From Clostridiaceae bacterium (GTDB lineage Bacteria > Bacillota > Clostridia > Oscillospirales > Acutalibacteraceae), in contig JAEDFL010000004.1 of assembly GCA_016292785.1 (NCBI GenBank), positions 3,637-67,636 on the forward strand: 64,000 nucleotides of DNA, in the 5' to 3' direction. This document shows positions 10,149 to 18,644 of the stretch, one piece after another. Every line of letters begins with the position of its first letter. Within the stretch, counting starts at the first letter, position 1. Below the pieces are notes generated by a model, which did no database searches, was not told the DNA's origin, and saw only the letters and a list, made by a program, of their open reading frames with translations. The translations under genes and the position numbers were made by a program.

Positions 10149-11075
10149 ATGGACTGGACAGAAGTTAAAATCAACATCAATTCTAAGGACGTGGAAACGG
10201 CAGGCAATATTGCTCAGATGGTCGTTCCCTACGGCATTTATATCGAGGATTACAGCGACCTTGAGCAGGCGGCATGGGAGATCGCTCATATCGACCTCAT
10301 TGACGAGGAGCTTCTCAATAAAGACAGGAGTAAGGCGGCTATCCACGTCTACATTTCTCCCGAAGAAAACCCTGCCGAGGCGGTTGCGTTCCTCTCCGAA
10401 CGCTATAACGCAGAGGGTATAGAGCATGATATCGACCTCAGCGTTTGCAGAAATCAGGACTGGGAGAACAACTGGAAGGAATATTTCAAGCCGATGCCTG
10501 TCGGGGAAAAACTGCTTATCAGACCTGTATGGGATAAAGACTGCGATCCGCAGGGCAGAACCGTCCTTGACATTGAACCGGGACTTGCTTTCGGCAGCGG
10601 CGGCCACGACACTACCCGTCTTTGCCTTGAAACGCTTGAGGGACATATCACACCCGAGGTTGAGCTTCTCGATATCGGCTGCGGAAGCGGTATTCTCGGA
10701 GTTGCAGGGCTTCTTCTCGGCGCAAAGAGCGCAACGGGAGTTGACATTGACGAGCTTGCCGTAAAGACAGCAAGGGAAAACGGCGTAATCAACGGCTTTA
10801 CTGAGCCGAAATTTACCGTCTTTCAGGGCAATCTGACCGATAAGGTCAAGGGCAAATATGACATTGTTGTTGCCAATATAGTTGCGGATATAATTGTGAT
10901 GTTCACCAAGGACGTCGGCAAATTTCTCAAGGAGGACGGTCTCTACATCACCTCGGGAATAATCGACACAAGAGAGCCGGACGTGCTTGCCGCATTTGAA
11001 GAATACGGCTTTGAGGTCGTCGGCAGACACGAAAGCAGCGGCTGGCTTTGCTTTGAAACGAGGTTGAAAAAATGA
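10149..11075 (+). CDS. prmA: ribosomal protein L11 methyltransferase
   Basis: 308 aa. PrmA layout with the SAM motif LDIGCGSGILG and the FGSGGHDTT segment. Confidence 0.9.
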   Translation: MDWTEVKININSKDVETAGNIAQMVVPYGIYIEDYSDLEQAAWEIAHIDLIDEELLNKDRSKAAIHVYISPEENPAEAVAFLSERYNAEGIEHDIDLSVCRNQDWENNWKEYFKPMPVGEKLLIRPVWDKDCDPQGRTVLDIEPGLAFGSGGHDTTRLCLETLEGHITPEVELLDIGCGSGILGVAGLLLGAKSATGVDIDELAVKTARENGVINGFTEPKFTVFQGNLTDKVKGKYDIVVANIVADIIVMFTKDVGKFLKEDGLYITSGIIDTREPDVLAAFEEYGFEVVGRHESSGWLCFETRLKK

Positions 11076-11800
11076 TTTATCTCAATTCGGAGGATATCGT
11101 TCTTTTTTCGGGCGACTCGATAACCGACGGAAACCGAGGCAGAAAAATGGACTGCAATCACATAATGGGACACGGTTACCAGTTCATTGTTTCCGCAAAG
11201 CTTGCCTATGACAATTCCGAGCGCAGACCTAAGTTTGTCAACAAAGGATATTCGGGCGCAACAATGGGCAAGCTGCTTGAAACATGGCAGGAGGACGTTA
11301 TAGCTAACCGCCCGACGGTTCTCAGTATTCTTGCCGGCACGAATGACGGACTTTTCGGCTTTCAAAACGGATTGACGGTTTCCGAGGTCGAAGAAAGATA
11401 TGAGAACGATCTCACAAAGGCTGTCAGGCAGACAAGAGAAGCCTTACCGGACACAAAAATAATTATCTGTGAGCCGTTTTATTTTCCGCTTTCAAAGGAG
11501 GATTTGTCCTACCGATTTACTCCGCATATCGAATGTGAAGCCGAATTTGAAAGACCTGACACAAACGAGACAACGGAGCAGATGAAATATAAGTCAGAGG
11601 CAATTTCTCTGACGAGAAGAGCGGCAAAAAGAGTTGCCGAAGGTGAAGCGGCTGTTTTTGTCCCGCTCTACAAAAAGCTTGCAGAAAAAATCTCGGCATC
11701 AAAGACCGAATATTATATGTGGGACGGCACTCACCCCTCAATCGCAGGTCATATGCTGATTGCGGAGGAATGGCTGAAAGCGGTCGAAAAGGAAATCTGA
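11072..11800 (+). CDS. SGNH/GDSL hydrolase family protein (no signal peptide)
   Basis: Block I FSGDSITDG, block III GTND, block V DGTHPS. Its start overlaps the prmA stop (ATGA). Confidence 0.8.
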   Translation: MIYLNSEDIVLFSGDSITDGNRGRKMDCNHIMGHGYQFIVSAKLAYDNSERRPKFVNKGYSGATMGKLLETWQEDVIANRPTVLSILAGTNDGLFGFQNGLTVSEVEERYENDLTKAVRQTREALPDTKIIICEPFYFPLSKEDLSYRFTPHIECEAEFERPDTNETTEQMKYKSEAISLTRRAAKRVAEGEAAVFVPLYKKLAEKISASKTEYYMWDGTHPSIAGHMLIAEEWLKAVEKEI

Positions 11801-11802
11801 AT

Positions 11803-11846
11803 AAAAAAACGGAAGCCGGCATATACCGACTTCCGATATTTTTTTG
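11803..11846. terminator. bidirectional rho-independent terminator
   Basis: CGGAAGCCGG (11810-11819) pairs with CCGACTTCCG (11826-11835). AAAAAAA lies upstream and TTTTTTT downstream, between convergent genes. Confidence 0.75.
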
Positions 11847-11852
11847 CAATTT

Positions 11853-13730
11853 TTATTTAACGCTGTCAACGAGGTCAATGAACTCGGAAATAACCTTTGA
11901 AGCTGTGTTCTTACCCCAGGAGATAAGGCACCATGTATCCGTGTCAAATGATTCCTTGGACTCGCTGTACTGAACGCCTGCCATTACGAAATCGTCGTCA
12001 GGCTCGATATAGCCGATAGCGTCGTTCATAAGGTCAAAGACGATGATGTTCTCGCCGTACATTTCACGGAGCGACTTGTACTCGAAGCCCTTGAGACCGT
12101 CGCCGCCGATGAGAAGCTCGCCGTAGGTTTCACCCGGGCAAAGCTCAACTAAAAGCGAATTGCCAAGCTCCATATAACCGCACTCGGTAACGGTGTAATA
12201 CTTGCCGTTCGTCTTGTCATAAAGGAAGAAGTAATCCGTGATACCTGTCTTGCCGACGATATCCATAAGCGAATTGGATACTTCGATTATGTACTGCTTG
12301 TGGGCGATGTTGAGCATCGGAGCAACTGTTGTTTCCGCAACAGGCTTCCAATCCTCATACCATGAGGAGTATTTCTCGGTTGAACCGTATTCAGCCTCGC
12401 CGAGGAAATCGCCGAGAGCGTAGTTCATCGTTTTACACTCAGCCTCGGTCTTTGTAAGTCCGAGAATGATGTATCCGATCTCATGACCGTATCTTACGGT
12501 TTCCTCATGTCTTGTGAGGTTTTCAATTCCGTCGTTGCTTGCGCCGCGCTGATAGGTAATAGTTCCGATACAGCCCTGAATATAAATGAAATTGTAGCCT
12601 GCTTTGTTGAGAACTTCCTCAATGTAGGGAACAAAGTCTGCGGAAATAACCGTGTGACCGAAGCCTGAATTTTCAGGATGTGCGCTGAAAGACGCAACGA
12701 TCGTCGGTGTCTTGCTCCTGTCGTCGGGAACGAACTTCAGGCGGTAAAGATTGCCGTCAAAGGTGTAGGGAGCAGTTCTGTCACGAAGATAATCGTCTGC
12801 AATATCCTTCTTTGCAAGGGTGAGAGTACCTGCCTCCATATCGGCATATGCCGCCTTTATGGTCTTTGCAGTCTGCTCAATGATCTTGTTAAGGAAGGTA
12901 CGGTTTACTCCGCTGTGAATATCGGAAAGACCGAGATTTGAAAGGAAAATGTTGTTCAGAACGTTTGAAACGGTGTTGTCCCATACGCCCTGGAGATCAA
13001 TTCCGCTGTGGGTGTGAGTTACCGAAACATTTACGCTGACAATGTTGTTTTCTTTGGCGAAATCCGCAACTGCGGCACGGATAAGACGAACGTCGGCGTT
13101 TGCGATGCCGATAGCGTCAAGCACGCAGAAAGCAACGTTGCCTCTGCCTGTTCCATCGTTGAGAACGATTGTTCGTACCCAAAGTCCGTCAAAGGTCTCG
13201 GTTGTAGTAGCCATAAGACCGTAGCCGCCCATTGTGTAAGGCGTTGTGCCGAAATCGTCGGGAAGAATGGAAGCCTGAGCATAGCCGAGGTGCCATTTTG
13301 CGCCTGCCGCCGGAGCGTCAAGGAACTCGGACATTCCCGAATAGAAATTGCCGTAATCGTCAAGATTGAAGCCGGCATAGTCATTGATAACGGAGGTCTT
13401 GGGGATAACCAGACCGAGAGCCTTGCCGATAATGTTTATAAGCGTATTGCTGAGCACGTTTATCGCCTTGGCAAGAGCTTTCATAAACACTGTCTTAAAG
13501 CTTGTTGAAGAAAGCGATTCAAAAGCGTCGCCGAGCTTGCCGAGGGTGTCGCCGACAACCTGAACCTTGTTGCCGTTTGCCTCTGCGTCGGCAAGGTACT
13601 CCTCAAGCGTAATGTTTGTTTCCGTTGCGGTCGGAGCTTCCTCGTTCTTTGCAAAAGCCGTTACACCGATGGGAACGACGAGGCAAAGGCAGAGAACAAC
13701 CGAAAGAACGGATAAAAGAATTTTTTTCAT
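11853..13730 (-). CDS. secreted protein with a neutral/alkaline ceramidase-like N-terminal domain
   Basis: Signal peptide MKKILLSVLSVVLCLCLVVPIGVTAFA. LWVRTIVLNDGTGRGNVAFCVLDAIG...VSVTHTHSGIDLQG follows the ceramidase pattern (RA.v..D....vfv.lD ... THTHsGP). The family assignment is from memory of the motif only. Confidence 0.65.
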   Translation of the reverse strand: MKKILLSVLSVVLCLCLVVPIGVTAFAKNEEAPTATETNITLEEYLADAEANGNKVQVVGDTLGKLGDAFESLSSTSFKTVFMKALAKAINVLSNTLINIIGKALGLVIPKTSVINDYAGFNLDDYGNFYSGMSEFLDAPAAGAKWHLGYAQASILPDDFGTTPYTMGGYGLMATTTETFDGLWVRTIVLNDGTGRGNVAFCVLDAIGIANADVRLIRAAVADFAKENNIVSVNVSVTHTHSGIDLQGVWDNTVSNVLNNIFLSNLGLSDIHSGVNRTFLNKIIEQTAKTIKAAYADMEAGTLTLAKKDIADDYLRDRTAPYTFDGNLYRLKFVPDDRSKTPTIVASFSAHPENSGFGHTVISADFVPYIEEVLNKAGYNFIYIQGCIGTITYQRGASNDGIENLTRHEETVRYGHEIGYIILGLTKTEAECKTMNYALGDFLGEAEYGSTEKYSSWYEDWKPVAETTVAPMLNIAHKQYIIEVSNSLMDIVGKTGITDYFFLYDKTNGKYYTVTECGYMELGNSLLVELCPGETYGELLIGGDGLKGFEYKSLREMYGENIIVFDLMNDAIGYIEPDDDFVMAGVQYSESKESFDTDTWCLISWGKNTASKVISEFIDLVDSVK

Positions 13731-13860
13731 AATTCTGCTCCTTTCGGAAAATGATATTATTCCTATGATAAACGATTATACCATATTTTCAAAATAATTA
13801 CAAATAAAACTCTCGGCTTATTTTTTATTCAATTTGACGAAATGTTAAGTCGTGTTTCGA

Positions 13861-13889
13861 TTGACTTTTGAGCCTGACAAGAATATAAT
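13861..13889 (+). promoter_or_regulatory. consensus sigma-A promoter upstream of murD
   Basis: TTGACT (13861-13866), a 17-nt spacer, then TATAAT (13884-13889). Confidence 0.6.
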
Positions 13890-13936
13890 AGTATCTGTTT
13901 CTATATTTGCACACAGTCAAACGGAGGTTTTTGAAT

Positions 13937-15280
13937 ATGAATCTTTCAGGGAAGAGGGTTCTCGTCGTCGGACTTGCACGAAGCGGTATGGCGGCGATCA
14001 GAGTGCTGAAAAAGCTCGGTGCGGTAATCACCCTTTCGGAGAGTAAGAAGAAAGAGGAAATTAAGGAGCTTGATTTTCTCAACGAAAACGGAGTTGAAAT
14101 AGTCGGACAGGACGCAGAGGTTTTCGAGCGTGACTTTGACCTCGTTGTTAAGAATCCTGGAGTACCGTTCAGAAGTCCTGCAATGCAAAGGCTTGCGGAG
14201 CGCAATATTCCGGTTATAACCGAGATTGAGCTTGCCTATCAGGTCGCAAAGCCTCAGCACTATATCGCTGTTACGGGCACAAACGGTAAAACGACCACCA
14301 CAACCCTTGTTTACGAGATCCTCAGACGTGCGTTCCCCGGCAAGGCGCACCTTTGCGGCAATATCGGTATCCCTCTTTGCGAGATAGTTATGGAAAACGG
14401 ACTTATGGAGGAGGGCGGACATTACATTGCCCTTGAAATTTCCAATTTCCAGCTTGTCAATATTGATACATTCCGTCCCGAGGTCGCCGTAATCATCAAC
14501 CTCACTCCCGATCATATTGACTTTATGGGCGGTCTGGACGCTTATTACAAATCAAAGACCGAGGTTTACAGAAATATGGCTGACGGCGATGTCTTCCTGC
14601 TCAATGCGGACGATCCCGTTGTCAAGGAATACACCGACCGCTATCCTGTGAAATGCGTTAAACATTCCTTCAGCATTGAAAACGAAAACACCGACAGCGT
14701 TGTCAGGGACGGTTATATTGAAATCGGCGGCGAAAAGGTGCTTCCGACCGACTCAATAAGACTTGTCGGAAAACATAATTTGCAGAACGTCATCATCGCC
14801 GTTTCTGCGGCAAAGGCGATCGGCATTTCAAACGATATTATCTGTGATGCGGTTTCCTCGTTCACGGGAGTTGAGCACAGAATCGAGTTTGTACGTGAGC
14901 TGAACGGAATAAAATACTACAACGACTCCAAGGGCACAAACACCGACGCAACGATAATTGCGCTGAAATCCTTCCCGAAAGGCGTTATTCTGCTTGTCGG
15001 CGGATTTGAAAAGGGGCTGTCTATGGACGAGATGAAAAAACACCTCGGCTGTGTGAAAAAGGTGATCGGCTTCGGCGCCTGCGGACCGAGGCTTGTGCGT
15101 GAGCTTGTCGGCGAGGACGGCATTGTCGTCACAACTCTCGACGAGGCTGTCGCAGAGGCGAACAAGGTTGCCGAGAGCGGAGATATTGTTCTCCTTTCAC
15201 CGACAACCAGTTCATTTGACCAGTATTCCTGCTTCGAGGAGCGAGGCGACCACTTCAAAAGGATTGTAAATGCGCTTTAA
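13937..15280 (+). CDS. murD: UDP-N-acetylmuramoyl-L-alanine--D-glutamate ligase
   Basis: Start at MNLSGKRVLVVGLARSGMAA (GGAGG RBS). VTGTNGKTTT P-loop and Mur ligase middle and C-terminal domains. Confidence 0.9.
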   Translation: MNLSGKRVLVVGLARSGMAAIRVLKKLGAVITLSESKKKEEIKELDFLNENGVEIVGQDAEVFERDFDLVVKNPGVPFRSPAMQRLAERNIPVITEIELAYQVAKPQHYIAVTGTNGKTTTTTLVYEILRRAFPGKAHLCGNIGIPLCEIVMENGLMEEGGHYIALEISNFQLVNIDTFRPEVAVIINLTPDHIDFMGGLDAYYKSKTEVYRNMADGDVFLLNADDPVVKEYTDRYPVKCVKHSFSIENENTDSVVRDGYIEIGGEKVLPTDSIRLVGKHNLQNVIIAVSAAKAIGISNDIICDAVSSFTGVEHRIEFVRELNGIKYYNDSKGTNTDATIIALKSFPKGVILLVGGFEKGLSMDEMKKHLGCVKKVIGFGACGPRLVRELVGEDGIVVTTLDEAVAEANKVAESGDIVLLSPTTSSFDQYSCFEERGDHFKRIVNAL

Positions 15281-15331
15281 TAATTTCCGCAGAAAAAAGC
15301 TTGCCTGATTTTCGGAAAGGATAGTCACTGT

Positions 15332-16150
15332 ATGACAGAAAACGAAAAGTATATCGGCGTTTTTGATTCGGGCATCGGCGGTCTGACCGTCGTAAAAAGC
15401 ATAGTCGAAACAATGCCGAATGAAAACATAATATATTTCGGAGACACGGCTCATGTTCCCTACGGCACACGCTCAAAGGAGCAGATAACGGAATACGTTC
15501 TCAGCGACGTGAAATTTCTCAGCCGCTTCAGCTTAAAGGCGGTTGTTATCGCCTGCAACACGGCGGACTCGGCGGCGAGGGAAAAGGTTGAGGAAAAATA
15601 CAGCGATCTGCCCGTTTACGGAGTGGTTGCGCCGGCTTCGAGAAAGGCGGCGGAGCTGACGAAAAACAACAAGGTCGGCGTTATCGCAACAAACGCCACG
15701 GTGAACAGCGGCGCATACGAAAAAACAATACACGGCTATTCTCCCGATATTCGGGTGATAAGTCTTGCCTGTCCTCTGCTTGTCCCTCTCGTTGAGGAGG
15801 GACGCTTCAAAAAGGGGGACAAGGTAATCGAGCAGGTTCTCAAGGAGTACCTCACCCCGCTGAAAGAGCAGGGCATCGACACCCTCGTCCTCGGCTGTAC
15901 CCATTACCCGTTGCTTTACGATGTGATAACCGAGATCATGGGCGGCGGAGTGACGGTAATAAGCTCCTCGGTTGCGGCGGCGGAGGAGCTGAAAAAGGGA
16001 CTTAAAGAAAAAAATCTCCTCAGCGAAACCGCTGACAGCGAAAGAAAATACTTTGTCAGCGACAATGCGGAGGATTTTGAAAATCACGCTCTGTTTTTTA
16101 TGGGCGATTCTCTCGGCGGAGCCGTCGAGCAGGTGGATATCGAAGAATAA
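15332..16150 (+). CDS. murI: glutamate racemase
   Basis: IGVFDSGIGGLTV, ACNTA and LGCTHYP motifs. 272 aa. Confidence 0.9.
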   Translation: MTENEKYIGVFDSGIGGLTVVKSIVETMPNENIIYFGDTAHVPYGTRSKEQITEYVLSDVKFLSRFSLKAVVIACNTADSAAREKVEEKYSDLPVYGVVAPASRKAAELTKNNKVGVIATNATVNSGAYEKTIHGYSPDIRVISLACPLLVPLVEEGRFKKGDKVIEQVLKEYLTPLKEQGIDTLVLGCTHYPLLYDVITEIMGGGVTVISSSVAAAEELKKGLKEKNLLSETADSERKYFVSDNAEDFENHALFFMGDSLGGAVEQVDIEE

Positions 16151-16155
16151 AAATA

Positions 16156-16190
16156 TCGCAGATCGAATTACGGTCTGCGAATATTTTTTA
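16156..16190. terminator. bidirectional terminator between murI and the convergent SGNH hydrolase
   Basis: TCGCAGATCG (16156-16165) pairs with CGGTCTGCGA (16171-16180) with one mismatch, followed by ATATTTTTTA. Confidence 0.6.
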
Positions 16191-16802
16191 TTTAATTAAC
16201 TTCTCAACATAATCCGCATAAATTTTTCCGATAACCTCTGCGCCGTGAAAGTAGGTCGGGTGAACGCCGTCCTCGGAAACCTTCTGCCAATCGTCGTGGC
16301 AGATGTGGGAGGCAAGAAGTCCGTCAAGCGGAATAAAAATATCCGCATATTCACGGGCAAGCTTCCTTGTTATCTGAATTTTCGGATCAAGATCCTCACG
16401 GAAATAAAGCTTATCCTCGGCAGGAAGCAGGAACTGCTCGATCATTACAATCTTTGCATTTGTCTTGGTTTTGATCGCTTCAAGCACCGTGCGGTAATTT
16501 TCCTCATACTTTTCGTCGGAAAGCCAGTCACGGCTCTCGGCTCTGTGCCATGTGTCGTTGACGCCGATAAGAATTGAAACGATGTCGGGCTGAATGTCGA
16601 TAAAATCCGCCTGCAATCTTTCAACAAGATTTATCGTCTGATCTCCGCTTATTCCGAGATCAATAAACTCGATCTCCTTTTCGGGAAATCTCTCTTTCAA
16701 AAATTTTGCGGCAAATTTCGGGTATCCGTTGCCGAGATCGTGCGGATCTTCACGCTTGCGCTCGGCGTCGGTTATGCTGTCGCCCTGAAATAAAAGCTTC
16801 AT
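16188..16802 (-). CDS. SGNH/GDSL hydrolase family protein
   Basis: FQGDSITDA, GVND and DGVHPT blocks. It is a paralog of 11072..11800 and overlaps the upstream PPTase stop by 4 nt. Confidence 0.8.
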   Translation of the reverse strand: MKLLFQGDSITDAERKREDPHDLGNGYPKFAAKFLKERFPEKEIEFIDLGISGDQTINLVERLQADFIDIQPDIVSILIGVNDTWHRAESRDWLSDEKYEENYRTVLEAIKTKTNAKIVMIEQFLLPAEDKLYFREDLDPKIQITRKLAREYADIFIPLDGLLASHICHDDWQKVSEDGVHPTYFHGAEVIGKIYADYVEKLIK

Positions 16803-17482
16803 ATAAAATCCTCCGTTTTAACAATTTTTATTTCATCAAAATATTCGTTTCCACAGACGGAAATCAGAACATTTTTTTCACAAAGACACGAGAATTTTTT
16901 CTCATATTTTTCAAAAATTTTTTCATAATTTTCAAAGGAAAATCCGCCGATATCGGCAAGTGTTTTTCCCTCGCATTTTATCACGCTTTCTTTCAGCGTC
17001 CAAAGTCTTGTAAACACTTCCTCTTTGTCGGAGACCGATCTGATAAAATCGTTTTCCGCTTCGGAAAAAAATCTTTTCGCAACCCTTTCGTTAAAGCCGT
17101 TCTTCTCCTGAGCGTCGATGCCGACGGGTAAATCGGCAACCGCAACGGCTGCGCCCTGAGAGCAATGGCTTATGTTGAAAAATTTTTCTCCGCTTTTAAG
17201 AAACGGCTTCCCGTTTTCTCCGATTACGGTTTCAAAATTTTTCACACCGCTTTCTTTCAGCGAAAAAGTCATAAGCAAATGTGAAATAACGCAGTTGTCT
17301 CTGTCGATTTTTCTTTTCAGTTTTTCAAATTTTTTCCGCCGATTTACAGGAAGAAAATTCAAAAATTTTTCGGCTGAAAAATTTTCGTAGTCGTCAAAAA
17401 AGTAAATCAATTTTTTCACGCTTTCGGATTTATATGGGCTCCACCTTTGGGACGGCAGACGGTAGACTTTCCACCTCATCAC
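16799..17482 (-). CDS. 4'-phosphopantetheinyl transferase, Sfp type
   Basis: GKPFL, FNISHC, VGIDAQE and WTLKESVIK motifs. The start is uncertain. The listed GTG/ATG at 17482/17479 lies inside the terminal 9-mer of the intergenic repeat, and GTG at 17419 is an alternative. Confidence 0.75.
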   Translation of the reverse strand: MMRWKVYRLPSQRWSPYKSESVKKLIYFFDDYENFSAEKFLNFLPVNRRKKFEKLKRKIDRDNCVISHLLMTFSLKESGVKNFETVIGENGKPFLKSGEKFFNISHCSQGAAVAVADLPVGIDAQEKNGFNERVAKRFFSEAENDFIRSVSDKEEVFTRLWTLKESVIKCEGKTLADIGGFSFENYEKIFEKYEKKFSCLCEKNVLISVCGNEYFDEIKIVKTEDFI

Positions 17483-17620
17483 CGCCTGCGGCGGAGCTTC
17501 CCCTCAAGGGGAAGCCTTGCATAGTTTTATCAGAATTCAAAGCATCATCATCTAACGTCTAAAGTCTAAAATCTAAAGTCTAATTTGGGGAAGGTGCCGA
17601 GGAACGAGGCGGATGAGGTG
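17472..17620. repeat. structured intergenic repeat element, copy A
   Basis: Imperfect terminal inverted repeats: CACCTCATC...CTTCCCC (17472-17503) against GGGGAAG...GATGAGGTG (17587-17620). Hairpin GCTTCCCC-TCAA-GGGGAAGC (17496-17515). GTCTAA-type micro-repeat array TCTAACGTCTAAAGTCTAAAATCTAAAGTCTAA (17551-17583). It shares modules and the exact 13-mer ATCTAACGTCTAA with 51706..51983. Confidence 0.7.
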
Positions 17621-17676
17621 TGACAGAAGATACTATCTGTTATATTTAAGCGAGGGAGGCAAAATCACTGTAAATC

Positions 17677-18501
17677 TCAATACCCCTCCGTGAACATATG
17701 GAGGTCGCCGCCGTCACATTCACGGTAGCCGATAACCGTTGCAAGGTTTACGTTGTGAATACTCTTAAAAATATTCATATCCACGTTGTCGTTTTCCGCC
17801 TTGAGCTTTTTGATAAGATTTTTAACCTCCTGCCGCTTTGAGCCGTTTTCGGCTTCGGCGTTCGCCTGAGTAACCTTGCAGGCACAGCGGATAAACTCAA
17901 GTCCGTTGTAGCTTGCCCACGATATAATGTCCTTTTCCCTGACCATATAAAGCGGACGAATCAGCTCCATTCCCTCATAGTTGGTGCTTCTGAGCTTGGG
18001 CATCATCGTCTTGATCTCCGCACCGTAGAGCATACTCATCAGGGTTGTCTCTATCGCATCGTCAAAGTGATGACCGAGGGCGATCTTGTTACAGCCAAGC
18101 TCCTGAGCAAATTTGTAGAGATAGCCCCTCCTCATTCTGGCGCAAAGGTAACAGGGGGAGCCGCCCTCTGCGGCATAGACCGTTTCAAAGATCGGGGAGT
18201 CAAATATTTTTATCGGAAGCTTCATAATTTCCGCATTTTCAATTATCTTTGCTCTGTTGTCCCCGACATAGCCGGGATCCATTACGATATATTCAACATC
18301 AAAGTGAAAATCGCTGTATTTTTGCAGGTGACACATACATTCTGCCAGCAGCATCGAATCCTTGCCGCCCGAAATGCAAACGGCGATTTTGTCGCCCGGA
18401 CTGATAAGCTCATAGTCCTTTATCGCTCCAACAAAATTATTCCATATCGTTTTTCTGTATTTTTTGATTATACTGCGTTCAATGAGCTGATGACGTTCCA
18501 T
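17677..18501 (-). CDS. PP-loop ATPase, tRNA 2-thiocytidine (TtcA)-like
   Basis: Start at MERHQLIERSIIKKYRK. SGGKDS PP-loop (CISGGKDS) and Cys motifs (SPCYLCARMRR, RCACK). Confidence 0.8.
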   Translation of the reverse strand: MERHQLIERSIIKKYRKTIWNNFVGAIKDYELISPGDKIAVCISGGKDSMLLAECMCHLQKYSDFHFDVEYIVMDPGYVGDNRAKIIENAEIMKLPIKIFDSPIFETVYAAEGGSPCYLCARMRRGYLYKFAQELGCNKIALGHHFDDAIETTLMSMLYGAEIKTMMPKLRSTNYEGMELIRPLYMVREKDIISWASYNGLEFIRCACKVTQANAEAENGSKRQEVKNLIKKLKAENDNVDMNIFKSIHNVNLATVIGYRECDGGDLHMFTEGY

Positions 18502-18644
18502 AATTTGCTCCTGTTTCAAGATATAGTTCATTTTACCATTCAATACGCTGATTTTCAACAGCTATGGCAAAATTTTTAGGTTGAAAATCTTTTCTTTTTA
18601 ATGTATAATGTCATCATATTGTTTTTAATGTCGGAGTTGATTTT

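Noticed and set aside
9816-11030. 404-aa minus-strand ORF
   Set aside because: It is antisense to prmA and the end of the EEP gene, both of which have strong family motifs. This is a typical shadow ORF.
16799-17482. Sfp-type PPTase as a marker of a nearby NRPS/PKS cluster
   Set aside because: No carrier-protein, NRPS or PKS genes are present in the window. The neighbours are a GDSL hydrolase and a tRNA-modification enzyme.
17551-17583. GTCTAA micro-repeat arrays as a CRISPR array or tRNA-like element
   Set aside because: The units are 6-7 nt, degenerate and directly abutting. There is no repeat-spacer architecture, no cas genes and no cloverleaf.
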